From Seison nebaliae (taxonomy: Eukaryota), in contig JALJEE010000580.1 of assembly GCA_023231475.1 (NCBI GenBank), forward strand, positions 1-50,764: 50,764 bases of DNA, read 5' to 3'. Below are positions 1 through 12,154 of the stretch, piece after piece. A program made the translations under genes and the position numbers. Below the pieces are notes generated by a model that did no database searches, had not been told where the DNA came from, and saw nothing but the letters and a program-made list of their open reading frames with translations. Position 1 is the stretch's first letter; every line of letters starts with the position of its first letter.

Positions 1-159
1 TTGCCGATTTATGATGGAAACGAATTTTCTTCGCAAAATTTGCTGAAAATAATCATTGTTGATGGAAGCAAAGGAACAATTTGTATTCGCTACGTATTTT
101 GTTACTAAATCAATTTCAGATAATTCGATTTCATCGTTACGGTTGGAACTTCCAACCAT
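1..159 (-). CDS. Possible 5' end of a gene or transposase running off the left edge
   Basis: ATG at 159 opens 53 stop-free codons to the edge (MVGSSNRNDEIELSEIDLVTKYVANTNCSFASINNDYFQQIL...), head-to-head with MRPS18A. The YVANTNCSFASINNDYFQQIL segment only weakly resembles hAT transposase N-terminal regions. Confidence 0.3.
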   Translation of the reverse strand, partial: MVGSSNRNDEIELSEIDLVTKYVANTNCSFASINNDYFQQILRRKFVSIINRQ

Positions 160-300
160 TTTCACTCACGTGGATAAAAAATTTCTTCTCATACCGAATT
201 TGAATTCCGAACTTGTTGAATTTTTGTAATATTTCGTATTAAATTTAAAGAGATATCAGTTAAATTATAAGCTGTTATTGAAATAGATACGATCTTGAAA

Positions 301-937
301 ATGAGAGCATTTGGATTGAATAATATTCTTCTTTCAAAAAATCTTTTCAAAACTTTAAGATCTGCACCTATTAGATCTTTAAAAGAAAGCTAGTGAAAAC
401 TTTTAGACATTTGGTAGAATATTTAAGTTCTGTTCAAACATTTTATTTTTCAGTTGTATATGAGAAAAATGAGGATGGAAAAGAAATAACGGTTAATATT
501 TCTAACATTATCTTTTCATTTGATAGAAACCATTAGATTCGAGGTAAGCAATATGATAAAACTGCAGAGAACGTCCTTAAAGATGAGAATGGGAAACTAC
601 TTTGTTTATGTCGCTTAGAAGATAAAGGAATCAGAATACATTATACTGTTACTTAATAAGTCAATTAACAAATTCATATCAATTTATATTTCCTAAGGAT
701 GTTCTTGTATTACGTCAATTTATCAATAGTGATGGTGATGTTTTGCCTCGTCATTTGACTGGAATATGTTACGAGAAATTTCAATTAATTCACCGTTTGG
801 TAGACAAAGCAAAGAGAGCTGGTTTCATTCCATTTCTTGTCTAATTAGAAATAACGTTTTGTTTAGGACTTCTGGCGAAAGAAGAGGTAGAAGACGTTGA
901 AGGATTTCAAAAAAGAAATACATTTTTTTATTATTAA
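301..937 (+). CDS. MRPS18A: Mitochondrial ribosomal protein mL66/S18A, 5 exons (301-388, 454-491, 537-647, 698-821, 867-937)
   Basis: Spliced translation gives a basic presequence, LKEIVYEKNEDGKEITIRG and HYTDVLVLRQFINSDGDVLPRHLTGICYEK...KAKRAGLL, matching the S18 family (DVLLLSQFI..G.MLPR.ITGLC...RAGLL). Absent from the ORF track because of its introns. Intron 1 must be GC-AG. Confidence 0.88.
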
Positions 938-1072
938 TTATTGTTATAAAAATTTTAATTTAAATTCTCATATATTTTTTTTGGTCGAAAAAAAAATTGG
1001 TTTAAGAACATGTATTTTCTAAATAAATCTGTTAAATATTTAAATTTTAGAGGAAATTTGAATTGTCATAAA

Positions 1073-1972
1073 TTAAGAAATAGGACATTGATTTTCCACT
1101 TGCATACAATTCTCAAAAAGTGATGATAGAGATGTAGAGGAACTATCTTTTGAATCGATCAGATTCTCCGTCAATTCTTTCGGTGGTGAACCATATTCTC
1201 TCATTTGTTGAATGAGTTCCAATATCGTCTCATAATTATCTGGATAAATTCAAATTTGAATTGGGAAAAAAAAAAAGAGAACAATTCGGTTTTTCATATT
1301 CCACAATAATCGTCCCCATCAATTCGTGTTGTTTTCGATAATTTCCCAATTGAGTTTGGGTCAATGTCATTTCATTATCTTTCAAATATTTTGGGAATTT
1401 CTCACTCGCATATTTGAGAGAAGGATATAGGACATCTTTGGAGAGCATAGTCGTTAAGAAATTCTTCATAAAAGGGAAACAATTGAACAATTCATTTGTA
1501 TTACTTAATCCGTCATCGTTCTCTGTATTATTCTTCATTAAATTATTTAACAGAACATTCTCCATGTCAGGCGGAAATTGGAAATTATCTTCTGAAAAAT
1601 TCTTTTCGGTCAACAAATCACCGAGAAGTTTTTGTGCTTCAAACGCTGGAGATTTTTCCTTTATCTCCTCTTTATCTACAGCAAAATTGCTTGATGATTT
1701 CTCTTCTTGATTCTCATGCGGTGGTTTATCAACTATGTTGTTCATATCCTTGAAACATGTTCTGAATTGTTCAAACAAATTCTTGTCATCGTACCCAGCA
1801 ACTTCGTTCTTGTTAATATTACTTTCGGAAGACGCATGTAATTTCGATGACTTCAAATTATTATATTCATCAAGTGCATCTTTTTTGAATCGAAATAATT
1901 TAATAAATGAATGGAAAAAAAACCGTCGAACATTGATTTCATGTTATCGTTGGTGGGTGGTAAATCTGACAT
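1073..1972 (-). CDS. PEX19: Peroxisomal biogenesis factor 19, 3 exons (introns 1880-1923, 1240-1282)
   Basis: N-terminal FDDALDEY motif forms across intron 1; MLSKDVLYPSLK; ILELIQQMREYGSPPKEL; C-terminal CaaX box CPIS*. Confidence 0.93.
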
Positions 1973-2178
1973 TTTCTCCAATAATTTTCACCAAATTCTT
2001 CCACTCATAATAATATTAAAATATTTTAAACTTATGCTTAAGTCTTCAATTTGTCAATTATTCAAACAATTTTCTTTCCTTATTAAAATTCTTCACTTTT
2101 TTTCAAAATATTTAAAAATTTTCAATTATCAAATTGACAGTTGGATAATTCTCTTATTATCTCTTGGAATAGAAGTAA

Positions 2179-2219
2179 AATAATGTGTATTATGATTATG
2201 TGAATAATGTGTATTATGA
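2179..2219. repeat. Short direct repeat AATAATGTGTATTATGA x2 in the PEX19/CCT4 divergent intergenic region
   Basis: Two identical 17-mers separated by a few bases, read directly. Confidence 0.7.
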
Positions 2220-2530
2220 ACAGAAGAATGACAGAAAAATCGTTTAGTTTTAGAATATTCTCATTCAATTAGTTAGAAATGTGTAAAGCTTAAGATTTTC
2301 AGTAACTATAGGAATAAATTGAAAGAAGTGATTGGATGAATCGATTAATTCAAATGTGGAATATTATCCAATTTGAATTTGAAAGGAAGAATTGTATTTA
2401 TCCTTTTTTTTAAAGAAACATGTGAGTATTGAGAAAGTTCCAGAAGATTCCAAAAAATGAATTAAATATTAATTAATCTTATCAATTTATTTTCCGTTAG
2501 AATATCATTTGAGATTTTACTTGAATCAAA

Positions 2531-4250
2531 ATGGCGAAAGTAGCTGCACCGACAACTGTCTCATCATCCACTCAGATGAATAAAGGAAACAAGAACGTCT
2601 TCAGTGACAAGAGCAAACCGGCTGCCGTTCGTTATAACAATATCATTGCAGCAAAAGCAGTTGCCGATGCGATTCGAACGAGTTTGGGGCCGAAAGGAAT
2701 GGACAAAATGATTCAAGACGCTAAGAGTAATGTCACAGTTACTAATGATGGAGCGACGATTCTCAAGCAGATGCAAGTGTTACATCCAACGGCGAAGATG
2801 TTGGTGGAATTGAGTCATGCTCAAGATATCGAAGCAGGAGATGGAACTACATCAGTTGTTGTTCTCGCCGGTTCATTATTAACGGCGTCGATGAAATTAT
2901 TGGAACAAGGAATTCATCCAACTGTCATATCGGAATCATTCCGATTAGCTGCAAATAAATGTTCGGAGATTCTTTATAAAATGTCAAGACAAATTAATTT
3001 GTCTGATATGGTGACATTGAGAGAGATCGCTCGAACTTCATTATCATCGAAGATCGTTTCACAAAATTTCTTATTGGCACCATTAGCTGTGAATGCGGTG
3101 ATGAATATCATTGATGTGAATAAGGATAAGAATGTCGATTTATCTCTAATTCGAATTCATAAAATTTTCGGTGGAACTGTTGATGATACTCAATTGATTA
3201 ATGGTATTCTCTTACCACAAAAAACTCCAGTATTTAATGGACCGAAATCGATCAAAGATGCAAAAATTGCTCTAATTCAATTCTGCATTTCTCCTCCTAA
3301 AACTGATATGGAGAATAATGTCATCATTAATGATTATGAGCAAATGGATCGAGTGTTAGAAGAAGAAAGAAATTATATTCTTAACATCATTCGACAAATT
3401 AAGAAGAGTGGATGTAATGTACTTTTGATACAGAAATCTATTCTACGTGATGCCACTAATGATCTCGCTTTACATTTCCTCGCCAAAATGAAAATTATGG
3501 TGGTGAAAGATATTGAACGAGATGAGATCGAAAACTTATCGAAAACTTTAGGATGTCGTCCAATAGCTAGTATCGATCATTTGAAAGTAGAAAATTTCGG
3601 TAAAGCTGAATTTGTTGAAGAGAAACGATATGGTCATAAGAAGATGGTGAAGATTGTGGGAGTCGAGAATCCACATGCTTCCATTTCTATTCTCATTCGA
3701 GGAAGTAATCGTTTAGTTTTAGAAGAAGCAGAACGATCATTACATGACGCTCTCTGTGTTATCAGATGTCTCGTCAAGAATAACGCCATCATTTCAGGAG
3801 GTGGAGCACCAGAAATCGAATTGGCAATTCGTCTAACGAAATGGGCGAATGAATTGGCAGATGCGAATGTTCATTGTGTACGTGCATTTGCAGAAGCATT
3901 GGAAATTATTCCTTATACATTAGCTGAAAATGCTGGAATGAATCCAATTCGAACAGTTACCGAATTGAGAAATCGTCATGCTCATGGTGATTTACATTCA
4001 GGAATTGACATCAACAAAGTTTCATCATTTAAATATAAAAATGAGTTTAATAAAATTTCTAGTGTTCCATCGGAGATATAAAGAACGTTATTCAACCATT
4101 ATTGGTAACATTATCCGCTGTGAAATTAGCGACGGAAACTGTGCGCTCAATTGTGAAAATTGATGATATTGTTATTTATTATTTTTTTAAATTTAATTTT
4201 AACCTCCTTAAAATTAATTCCATTTTCAGGTTATGGTTATGAGAAATTAG
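2531..4250 (+). CDS. CCT4: T-complex protein 1 subunit delta, 3 exons (introns 4019-4062, 4171-4229)
   Basis: [58 protein letters not shown]. Splicing restores VIQPLLV...[21 protein letters not shown]. Confidence 0.97.
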
Positions 4251-4576
4251 AAATAAGAAAAATTTATTTTCTATTTTTATTCGTTCGACGAAAATGTCGT
4301 GAGAGGAGGAACAATGAATAATTATTTTTAATAAAAAATCATTTCGCTTTTCTTTTAAATTTTGATAAAATTAAAATTTTTTATTTTCGAAATTACTTAT
4401 TCGATTAAAATGTAATTAGAGAAAGAAAATTTCCTCTTTTATTTTAATACTCTAATTTATTTGATATTTAACGGTATTTCTCTTCGGACAAATTTTTGCT
4501 ATTGAATGAATGAAATTTTGAAGATTTTGGAAGAGAAGTAAAATATTATTCAATCCACTTGATTAATTGTGAAAAA

Positions 4577-6889
4577 ATGTCGCAATCGAATCCCAATTCA
4601 ATGACGGTAGTCAATTCGTCTAATATGAATGGAGGTGCACGACAGAAAGTTATGATGCAATTACACAACACACTTAATATGGTGAATGACGTGATGAAGA
4701 ATGAACAATTCCGACAATATCGTCAGAAATTCCTCCAACAAATTCTTGTGACCGTCAGTCAAAATCGAGAATTGGTAACGATCATGTTGAGAATGTGCTC
4801 AGCAAATAAATCGAATTTATTAATAAATGTTATTCGAGATGCGGTGGATAATTATTCGTCTTTGGAATCATATAATTTGCAAACGTATATTCAGAAATAT
4901 AATGAATATCTCAAATTTTTCGAACAAGCTGATGATGCAGTTCGTCCTGAATTATCTCAAGTGTTATTCCCATTATTCGTTACAGTAATAATGCAATTGT
5001 TACAACAGAATCGTTATGAAGATGCGGCTGAATTTTATAAACAATTCTCCAAATGTATTCCAGTTTATTACGATGAATATTTACTTCAATTAAAGATGTT
5101 GAGAACGTTCCCACCATCACCCGATTCCTTCCCACTCCTCAATGCACATATGACACAACAGAAATATCATATCAGACAATCGATTTTAGGTGAACAATGT
5201 TTATCTCAATGGTTTTTAAAAAATCATTATTCAATTTTTCTCGAACGATTCAAATCTCAAATAGAATTCATTCGTTGTTATGAACAACCTCCCTCCGCTC
5301 AAATACTCTACAGTTTGAGCGGTGCATTTTTTGGAATTCCAGTTTATGCCGATAATAAAATTAAAGTTTTCAACAGTACGGTGAAAGAGCAAAATTTCAG
5401 AGCTAGAATAGATGGCGCTCCATCAACTGCCGTAAAAGAAGATCATGAAATGACTACGACAGCTAAAGCGAAAAAGAGATCTATCAATCGACCAACAAGT
5501 ACCGAAAATAAATCGGATAAAACGGAGACACAAGCAACAACAACAACAACCACAGTTTCGGGAACGAAGAAATCGAAAACAGAAAATATTCTTTCCGGTG
5601 ATCGTCGTTTACCGTTCCCACCGATAAGATCGGTTGATCAAATATTGAAAGCGAATGAAGGAAAAGAAGAGAAACATCTTCCGTCCGTCAAATTTTTTAC
5701 TCATTTCGAAAGTGATGATCGTATAACTTGTGCCGATTTCAGTTTGGAAGGAGGTGAAATTAAGAGGATTGTCATGTTGGGATTCAATTCCGCAATAATT
5801 CGTGTTATTGCATTGGAAGGCAAATTGACGACATTGAGCAATACGGATAAAAGTTTTCGTGATTTGAGTTCACTCTTCATTCCAAATGAACATGACAATA
5901 AAGATAAGAAGTCTCATTTATTAGTTGGTCATTCGGCAGCTGTGACTGGAGTTTCCATTTCGTCCGATCGTTTATACTCCGTCTCATCATCATTAGATTG
6001 TACTGTGAGATTGTGGTGTTTGACGACGATGGAGAATTTGGCCATATTCCGTGCACATTCTGCGCCCGTTCTCTGTGTAAAATTTTCACCTTTTAGTTTC
6101 TATTTTGCTTCGGGTGGTCAAGATCGTAGTTTGATGTTATGGGACATGACGAATCATTTACCCATTCGGATAATGAATGAACATTTATCTGATGTCGAAT
6201 GTTTGTCATGGCATCCAAATTCACATTATGTTGCTACTGGTTCATCAGATCGTATGGTTCGCGTCTTCGAAATAACAACAGCTCAAGTAGTTCGAATGTA
6301 TACGGGACACAAATCTCCCATAACATCTGTCCAATTCTCTCATAACGGCAAATTGATAGCGTCGGGTGGAGCGTTTCCATTGCCAGTTATTATTATTAAT
6401 AGCTTCAGTCTCGGTGTTCAATTAGTGGTGTATGGAATGCATCAGAATGATATTACTTCTCTAGATTTCTCTTTTGATTCACATTATTTGGTTTCCGGTT
6501 CTATTGACCAAACCATCAAAGTTTGGGATGTTACCGATTGGCTGAAAGCCGATAGTAATGATGACGTGGCACAAATTATTGCTGCGAATGAACAATCATC
6601 AAATGATCATTTATCCTCATCTGTTGTGCAATCATCATCATTAACCAATTTTTCACGCCAATATAAAAATGATCAATTTGGAGAAAGTTTCGATATTTCC
6701 ACTCTACATGATGTAACATCGAAATTAACGAAAGGGACAGTCTTTAACGAGAATGGTGAACCTCAACAATTGGAGGAAGCAGCAAATCTTATTATGACTC
6801 TATATACGAAGAATACAGACGTCATCAATGTAACTTGTTGTAGGAAACATTTGGTATTAGCTGTCGGTACATTCGATCGAACAGCATAA
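4577..6889 (+). CDS. TAF5: TFIID subunit 5 (NTD2 plus WD40 propeller), apparently intronless
   Basis: ELSQVLFPLFV NTD2 motif; WD40 repeats FSPFSFYFASGGQDR, HLSDVECLSWHPNSHYVATGSSDR and VRMYTGHK; C-terminal YTKNT...RKHLVLAVG fits TAF5 better than TAF5L. First ATG is at 4577. Confidence 0.9.
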   Translation: MSQSNPNSMTVVNSSNMNGGARQKVMMQLHNTLNMVNDVMKNEQFRQYRQKFLQQILVTVSQNRELVTIMLRMCSANKSNLLINVIRDAVDNYSSLESYNLQTYIQKYNEYLKFFEQADDAVRPELSQVLFPLFVTVIMQLLQQNRYEDAAEFYKQFSKCIPVYYDEYLLQLKMLRTFPPSPDSFPLLNAHMTQQKYHIRQSILGEQCLSQWFLKNHYSIFLERFKSQIEFIRCYEQPPSAQILYSLSGAFFGIPVYADNKIKVFNSTVKEQNFRARIDGAPSTAVKEDHEMTTTAKAKKRSINRPTSTENKSDKTETQATTTTTTVSGTKKSKTENILSGDRRLPFPPIRSVDQILKANEGKEEKHLPSVKFFTHFESDDRITCADFSLEGGEIKRIVMLGFNSAIIRVIALEGKLTTLSNTDKSFRDLSSLFIPNEHDNKDKKSHLLVGHSAAVTGVSISSDRLYSVSSSLDCTVRLWCLTTMENLAIFRAHSAPVLCVKFSPFSFYFASGGQDRSLMLWDMTNHLPIRIMNEHLSDVECLSWHPNSHYVATGSSDRMVRVFEITTAQVVRMYTGHKSPITSVQFSHNGKLIASGGAFPLPVIIINSFSLGVQLVVYGMHQNDITSLDFSFDSHYLVSGSIDQTIKVWDVTDWLKADSNDDVAQIIAANEQSSNDHLSSSVVQSSSLTNFSRQYKNDQFGESFDISTLHDVTSKLTKGTVFNENGEPQQLEEAANLIMTLYTKNTDVINVTCCRKHLVLAVGTFDRTA

Positions 6890-6970
6890 AATTAACATTG
6901 CTTTTTTTAAATTTTATTCATTTTTTTAATAAACTGAAAAGGAATTTATGGAATTTTTCGAATACCGTCA

Positions 6971-9715
6971 TTAGTCTTTCGATTTATCATGATATTGATC
7001 CATTAGCGATTGGAATGACATCGAATCTTCTTCATCACCATTAAGTCCATTGTCTTCGTCATAAATACTCATTTCATCACTCATCGCTGAAATTGCTCTC
7101 TGAGGATGAGATTGTTTCTTTTTCGGTTTTTTCAAATTTCGTTTCTCCGTCTCTCTGGACTTATCCAAAATCGGTGAATTGATTCTGGAATTTCTTAAGG
7201 AATTTGTAATTAGAAAATTTTTAGGTAAATCCATTGAATTCTTTGTAGGAGATTTAGTTCGAGTAGAATGCGCTGATTTTCTTGGGGAAGAAGAAATTAA
7301 TTTTCTTGTCTTCAAATTATCCCGATGGGAGAGTGGAAGAGATTTATTGGAAATTGCAGATAATTGATTTCTTTTGTTGAGATCTGCTGATCGAATTTTA
7401 TTTTTATGACGATGTGAACGTAACGACATTTGACGGACGGCACGAACAACATCGTCTAATTTTTCATCAGCGAACTCATATTCATCAGTTTCAGCGATTT
7501 GTTCGCTAATTTTCCGATTATATTTCTTTAATTTCAACAAATTCCGACTAGAACAAGTTATCGTATCCATTATCTGTTCATCGACTGGTTCTTTATCATT
7601 TAATTGTAAACTGTCTTGAATTATTCCAATTGACGATTTTCGCACTTCCAATAAACCATCTTCATTCAGATCGACAACTGAACAGGCACTACTCGTCAAT
7701 TCATTTTTGTCGTCATTCGGATTAGTTATCGTTCGATCTGAGAGTGAATCATATTCCATTATTTCTTCAGCTTCCTCATCACAAACTCCATATTTTTTAT
7801 TCATTGAATTATCTAAAATCGATTTTAATGGTGAATTCAATTCAGTTAATTCGTCAACAATCTTTGAAGGAGATATCAATGTCGTTTCAACGGATTTCTC
7901 AGGATGCCATGAAGATTGTTGTGTAATTTTTGTTCTTAATTTCGTCTCAGAATCTCTTCCCAATTTTACTATAAAGAAAATTGCATATTTTAAAAAAATA
8001 TTAAAGCGCACCTTCATCAATTATTTTTGTTGATGTCACCTGATGTTTCGGCTTTTTATCTTCCTCAATTTCATTAAGACGGAAAGTTTCGAAGGAAAGA
8101 TATTTCTCCAATATCGGTTCATCTAAAGTACATAACCGATTAGTAATCGACTGCAAATGGTCGTCATTCCTCGTTAAAATGAAAAGCAAAACAGAGAATA
8201 GAAATAATAGCAACTTCCTCCCCGATTTCACTGGTTTAGCAGAGACAGATCTCGCCGATTCAATTCTTGCAGTAGCAGGTCGACTTAAACGTCTATTTTA
8301 ATGAAATAAAAATGTATGAATGAAAAAGGTTTAAAATTAAACTCATCAATTTCATGTATCTTTGTAGCTGAACGGGCCGATTCTAATCTCTCGTTTTCAC
8401 ATTCAACTACCTGTTCCTTCAGTAACTTAATCTCTTCTAAATGTTGCTCTGATATATTCATTATAGTTTGAATTTCTTTTACTGCAGCCTCCTCTAACAG
8501 ATGTTGAACGGGTAATGCAGTCGAAACATTTCGCACAATTTTTCCATTTATGCTATTTTCCTTTTCTATTCGTGCTGATTCAGTTCTCAGTTTTGTTGCT
8601 TTCTTCAAAAATAGTTTCTCAGCATAACTCAACGTAGAAGTTGATGAGAATTTTATTTGTTTCTCAAACATCTTTTTTTGTTCAACCACATTTCTTTCGG
8701 TGGAAGTACTCATTTCTTTTTAATTCATTATAACATGAACAATAGTTGGACAAAGTGGAACCTTTCGTATCAAATGATGATTGTCTATAACTGTTAATAT
8801 CTCTATTCTCTTTATTATGTCTCCAATTATTCACTGCCAATTGAAATTGTTTACTACTTTCCTCTTCATCATAATTTCCTGTTCAATGAAATTGTTTAAA
8901 TTCTCCAATTATAATTTAACCATCTAATAAGTTTCCAAATGATGAAGTCACATCACAATTGATTGTATCCTGTTTACTCGTACTAACTTGTTTCTCATAT
9001 TTGCTGTTAGTATCGTTTATTGAATTTGTACGATTGTTCTCATTAATAAGTCTCTCAAAGTTATTTGTATTATACGTCGTGGGTATATGAGTTTTCATTG
9101 CACCTTTCTTGTGGAATGTCTTGAAACATCCCGTACAAAACTTTTCAGAACATTCTCGACAAATCTGAAAACATATCAACAGTTATTTCTTTTGAGTTAA
9201 ATTAAACCAATGACGCAATATTTCTTTCACACTGTCCACATTTATTTTTAATCGTATTTCGTTTTTCTATTAATTTAATTTAAAGAAAGGATATCTGAAT
9301 GAAAACTGAACTTCCTTTATCGCATTGGAGTAGAACGAGTTTTTGATCCTAAAAAATACTCACAATTAAAACTTATATATTTTAATAACTCGATAATTTG
9401 CTAAGTTGGCAGTTTTTTGTTTATGTCTTGCAGCACTGTTCCATATAGTGCCCCCTCTAATTCAGAACGGGAATTATATGAAAAGAATCTATAAAAATTT
9501 AATCATCAAACTCAGTCTCCTGCTGGAAATTTGCATGGAGAACATCGAGACGTTTCTGTATTTGTTCTCGTTCTTTCTGCAACTTTTCCGATTCCTTCTT
9601 ACTATTAAGAGAAGGATAAAGAATTAGAAGAACATTTATATATTATTGGATTTAAGTGTTGTTAATGAATTAAGATTTCCAACAAGGTTTTCGGATTCTT
9701 GTAATTATATGTCAT
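6971..9715 (-). CDS. ZBBX: Zinc finger B-box domain-containing ciliary protein, ~11 exons
   Basis: Spliced B-box CGQCERNIASL|ICRECSEKFCTGCFKTFHKKGAMKTH, plus LLDG|NYDEEESSKQFQLAVNNWR and LSYAEKLFLKK motifs shared with ZBBX. The start codon and low-complexity C-terminal exons are less certain. Confidence 0.8.
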
Positions 9716-10180
9716 TATATATCAGAACAACGATAACTTATTATCGAATATTAATTCGGAAATTAAAAGTAAGAAAAATCTAGTTGATATGGTAACGGAA
9801 CAAACTCCTTTAAATCAATCAAAAACGTTCATTTTCCGAATATTGATGAATTCTCATTTTATCTCATATCAAACTATAAGCATTCTATATTTTTTATTCA
9901 TTACATAATTCGAACTTTTTCTTTTTTTGGCACTTATATGACCTTTTTCCCATAAATTTCTAAAGATATGACACGCTTATTTAAAATTTATTCATTATAC
10001 ATGTATTTCGATAGGTTCTAAAGTTTTGAAACCCAGTATGTTATATAGTAGTATTAATAATTTAACAAACATTCAATAATTTATTTAACGAATTAACAAA
10101 AATAAGGAATTAAGTAAATTTGGAATTAATATTGGAATTAAGTCGAACGACATAATTGAAATTTGGAAAACTGGACAGTT

Positions 10181-11436
10181 TTACAAGTCGCTTTTAATCA
10201 AATCCGATGGTTGATTGAAAAACATTTTTGGTAATGTACTTCCAAAATAATATTTAGCATTCTTATGAACTGCTTCATATTCTTTTATTTTCAAATACTC
10301 TTCAGTTAATCGAACCTATACAATCAACAGATTTTTTAAAGAAAGAAAAAGAAAAATTTCTAACTTTATTTGCGGCCGCTTCTTTTTCACTTCTATAGAA
10401 TTCGGCGTCAGCGATCGACTTTTCTTTAGCTGTGTGCATCTCATATCCGATAATGGCAATCTTCTTCTCACTTTCTTTTTCGGAAATTTTTTGTCTGTAA
10501 TTTATTTCAGAAACCTGGGCAATTTTCTCAGCTTCGATGACTGCTTTCTTCCGTTCTGTCTCCGCTTCTTTTTCAATAACTCTTTGTTTCTGTTCTGCTA
10601 TCAATAACTTCGTCTTTTCATTTTCCCTTTAAAATGCTGAATGATAATTTTGTGAAGAAATGAAAGTAGAAACATAAGTTCATAATTCTTTCGAATTGTA
10701 TCCGGAATTCTCGGTTTAGTTACACGAACTGCCAAAACTTTCAATCCAGTTGCTCCGATATAATTCAAATCTTCTTGTAAAGCTGATTTCAGATTCTCAT
10801 CAATTTCAGCTGAATTGAAAGAATAAATAATAGATGAATAATAAGTAAAAGGGAAATAAACAGAATAAATCAATATACACTTCGTGCAGTGTATGAGAAG
10901 AACAGAATTGATTAATTTCATGATGGATCTTATTGAAAATTAAAGTTTTGTCATAATCAACCGTGTAATTCTTGACGATGTTATAAACTAAAATAATTAT
11001 CAATTTCTTATAAATAATCCAATTAAACCGTTTTCTGATTCTAATAAATTCACCACTTCAACTCGAGCGAAATAAAGAACAACTCCGCCACTCGTTCCGC
11101 ATGGAATATTATCCACTTCATCCGTTTGAACTGTGACCTGATGAGAAAAATGTTTTAGATGAAAATCTAAATAATATTTAAAAGAACTTGAATCGAATAA
11201 TGACTAGTGATAAACGGAATTTTCAAATGATATCCTGGTTTCGATGTGCTTTTCAGAAGAGCACCACCCTATTCAAATTTGAAGAAAAATTTTAAGGAAA
11301 CCATAATATTTATGAACTAAACTCGATAATAGACACCGACGTATCCTTCGTTGATATGATGTACGCCATAAGTCATGAAGCAAGTTAAAAGACCAAATAT
11401 GGCAAATGCTAACGTTGCGACGTTTTCTGGCGTCAT
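10181..11436 (-). CDS. ERLIN: Erlin (SPFH/band 7 ER protein), 7 exons (introns 11269-11322, 11138-11187, 10988-11028, 10810-10861, 10627-10673, 10316-10364)
   Basis: [86 protein letters not shown]. All six junctions are fixed by conservation. Confidence 0.96.
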
Positions 11437-12154
11437 TACTTAATAATTGTGTAATGAAAATTTATTTAAATCTAAACAAATTGATAGAAGGTAATATTCA
11501 ATAAAAATAATTATATTTATTAAATTTCCATTTTTGAATTGACAAAGAGCCTAAATTCATTCAATTGTTAGCTAAACTATTAAATTATTTTTCAATAAAT
11601 GATTTTGATTTATTTTATTTCTTGTCAATACTCGAGTGATGTTTAGTTCATAATTAAACTGTTTGATAATTTTTTGAAATCTGATGAAATCTGATATACT
11701 GATATCCGAAAAAGACAGAAATTTTTTGGGGAAATTAACGAAACTGAACATTAATTTAATATTATGGATATATGGTATTCCTCATCATTAGAAAGTTAAC
11801 CTTATTGTACATAATATACGTCAAATAGAAAAATATTCTGTTTTTTTTGCAAATTTAAAGATAAAGATAAATTACAAGTTAATACATTAAATTATGTAAT
11901 TTCCATGGAGATGAACTAGTATTTCAGTTACAGTTCTAACGAAAGTCAGTTATAAGAAATATATTTTTTAAAACTTTAATTTAGGAATTTAGAAATTAAA
12001 CATTCAACATATTTTCTATATAATTAAGTTTGTTGAAAAAAAACAGTTTATTATAAAGAAATTTCGGAAGTTGATCATAAAAGTTTTAATAGGGATAACA
12101 ATAAATTAAAATAATAGTGATTTAATTTTGTAAATCTCAATTCACATACAATTG

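Noticed and set aside
141..157. Perfect palindrome GGTTGGAA-C-TTCCAACC
   Set aside because: An 8-bp stem with a 1-nt loop inside a putative ORF, single occurrence, consistent with chance.
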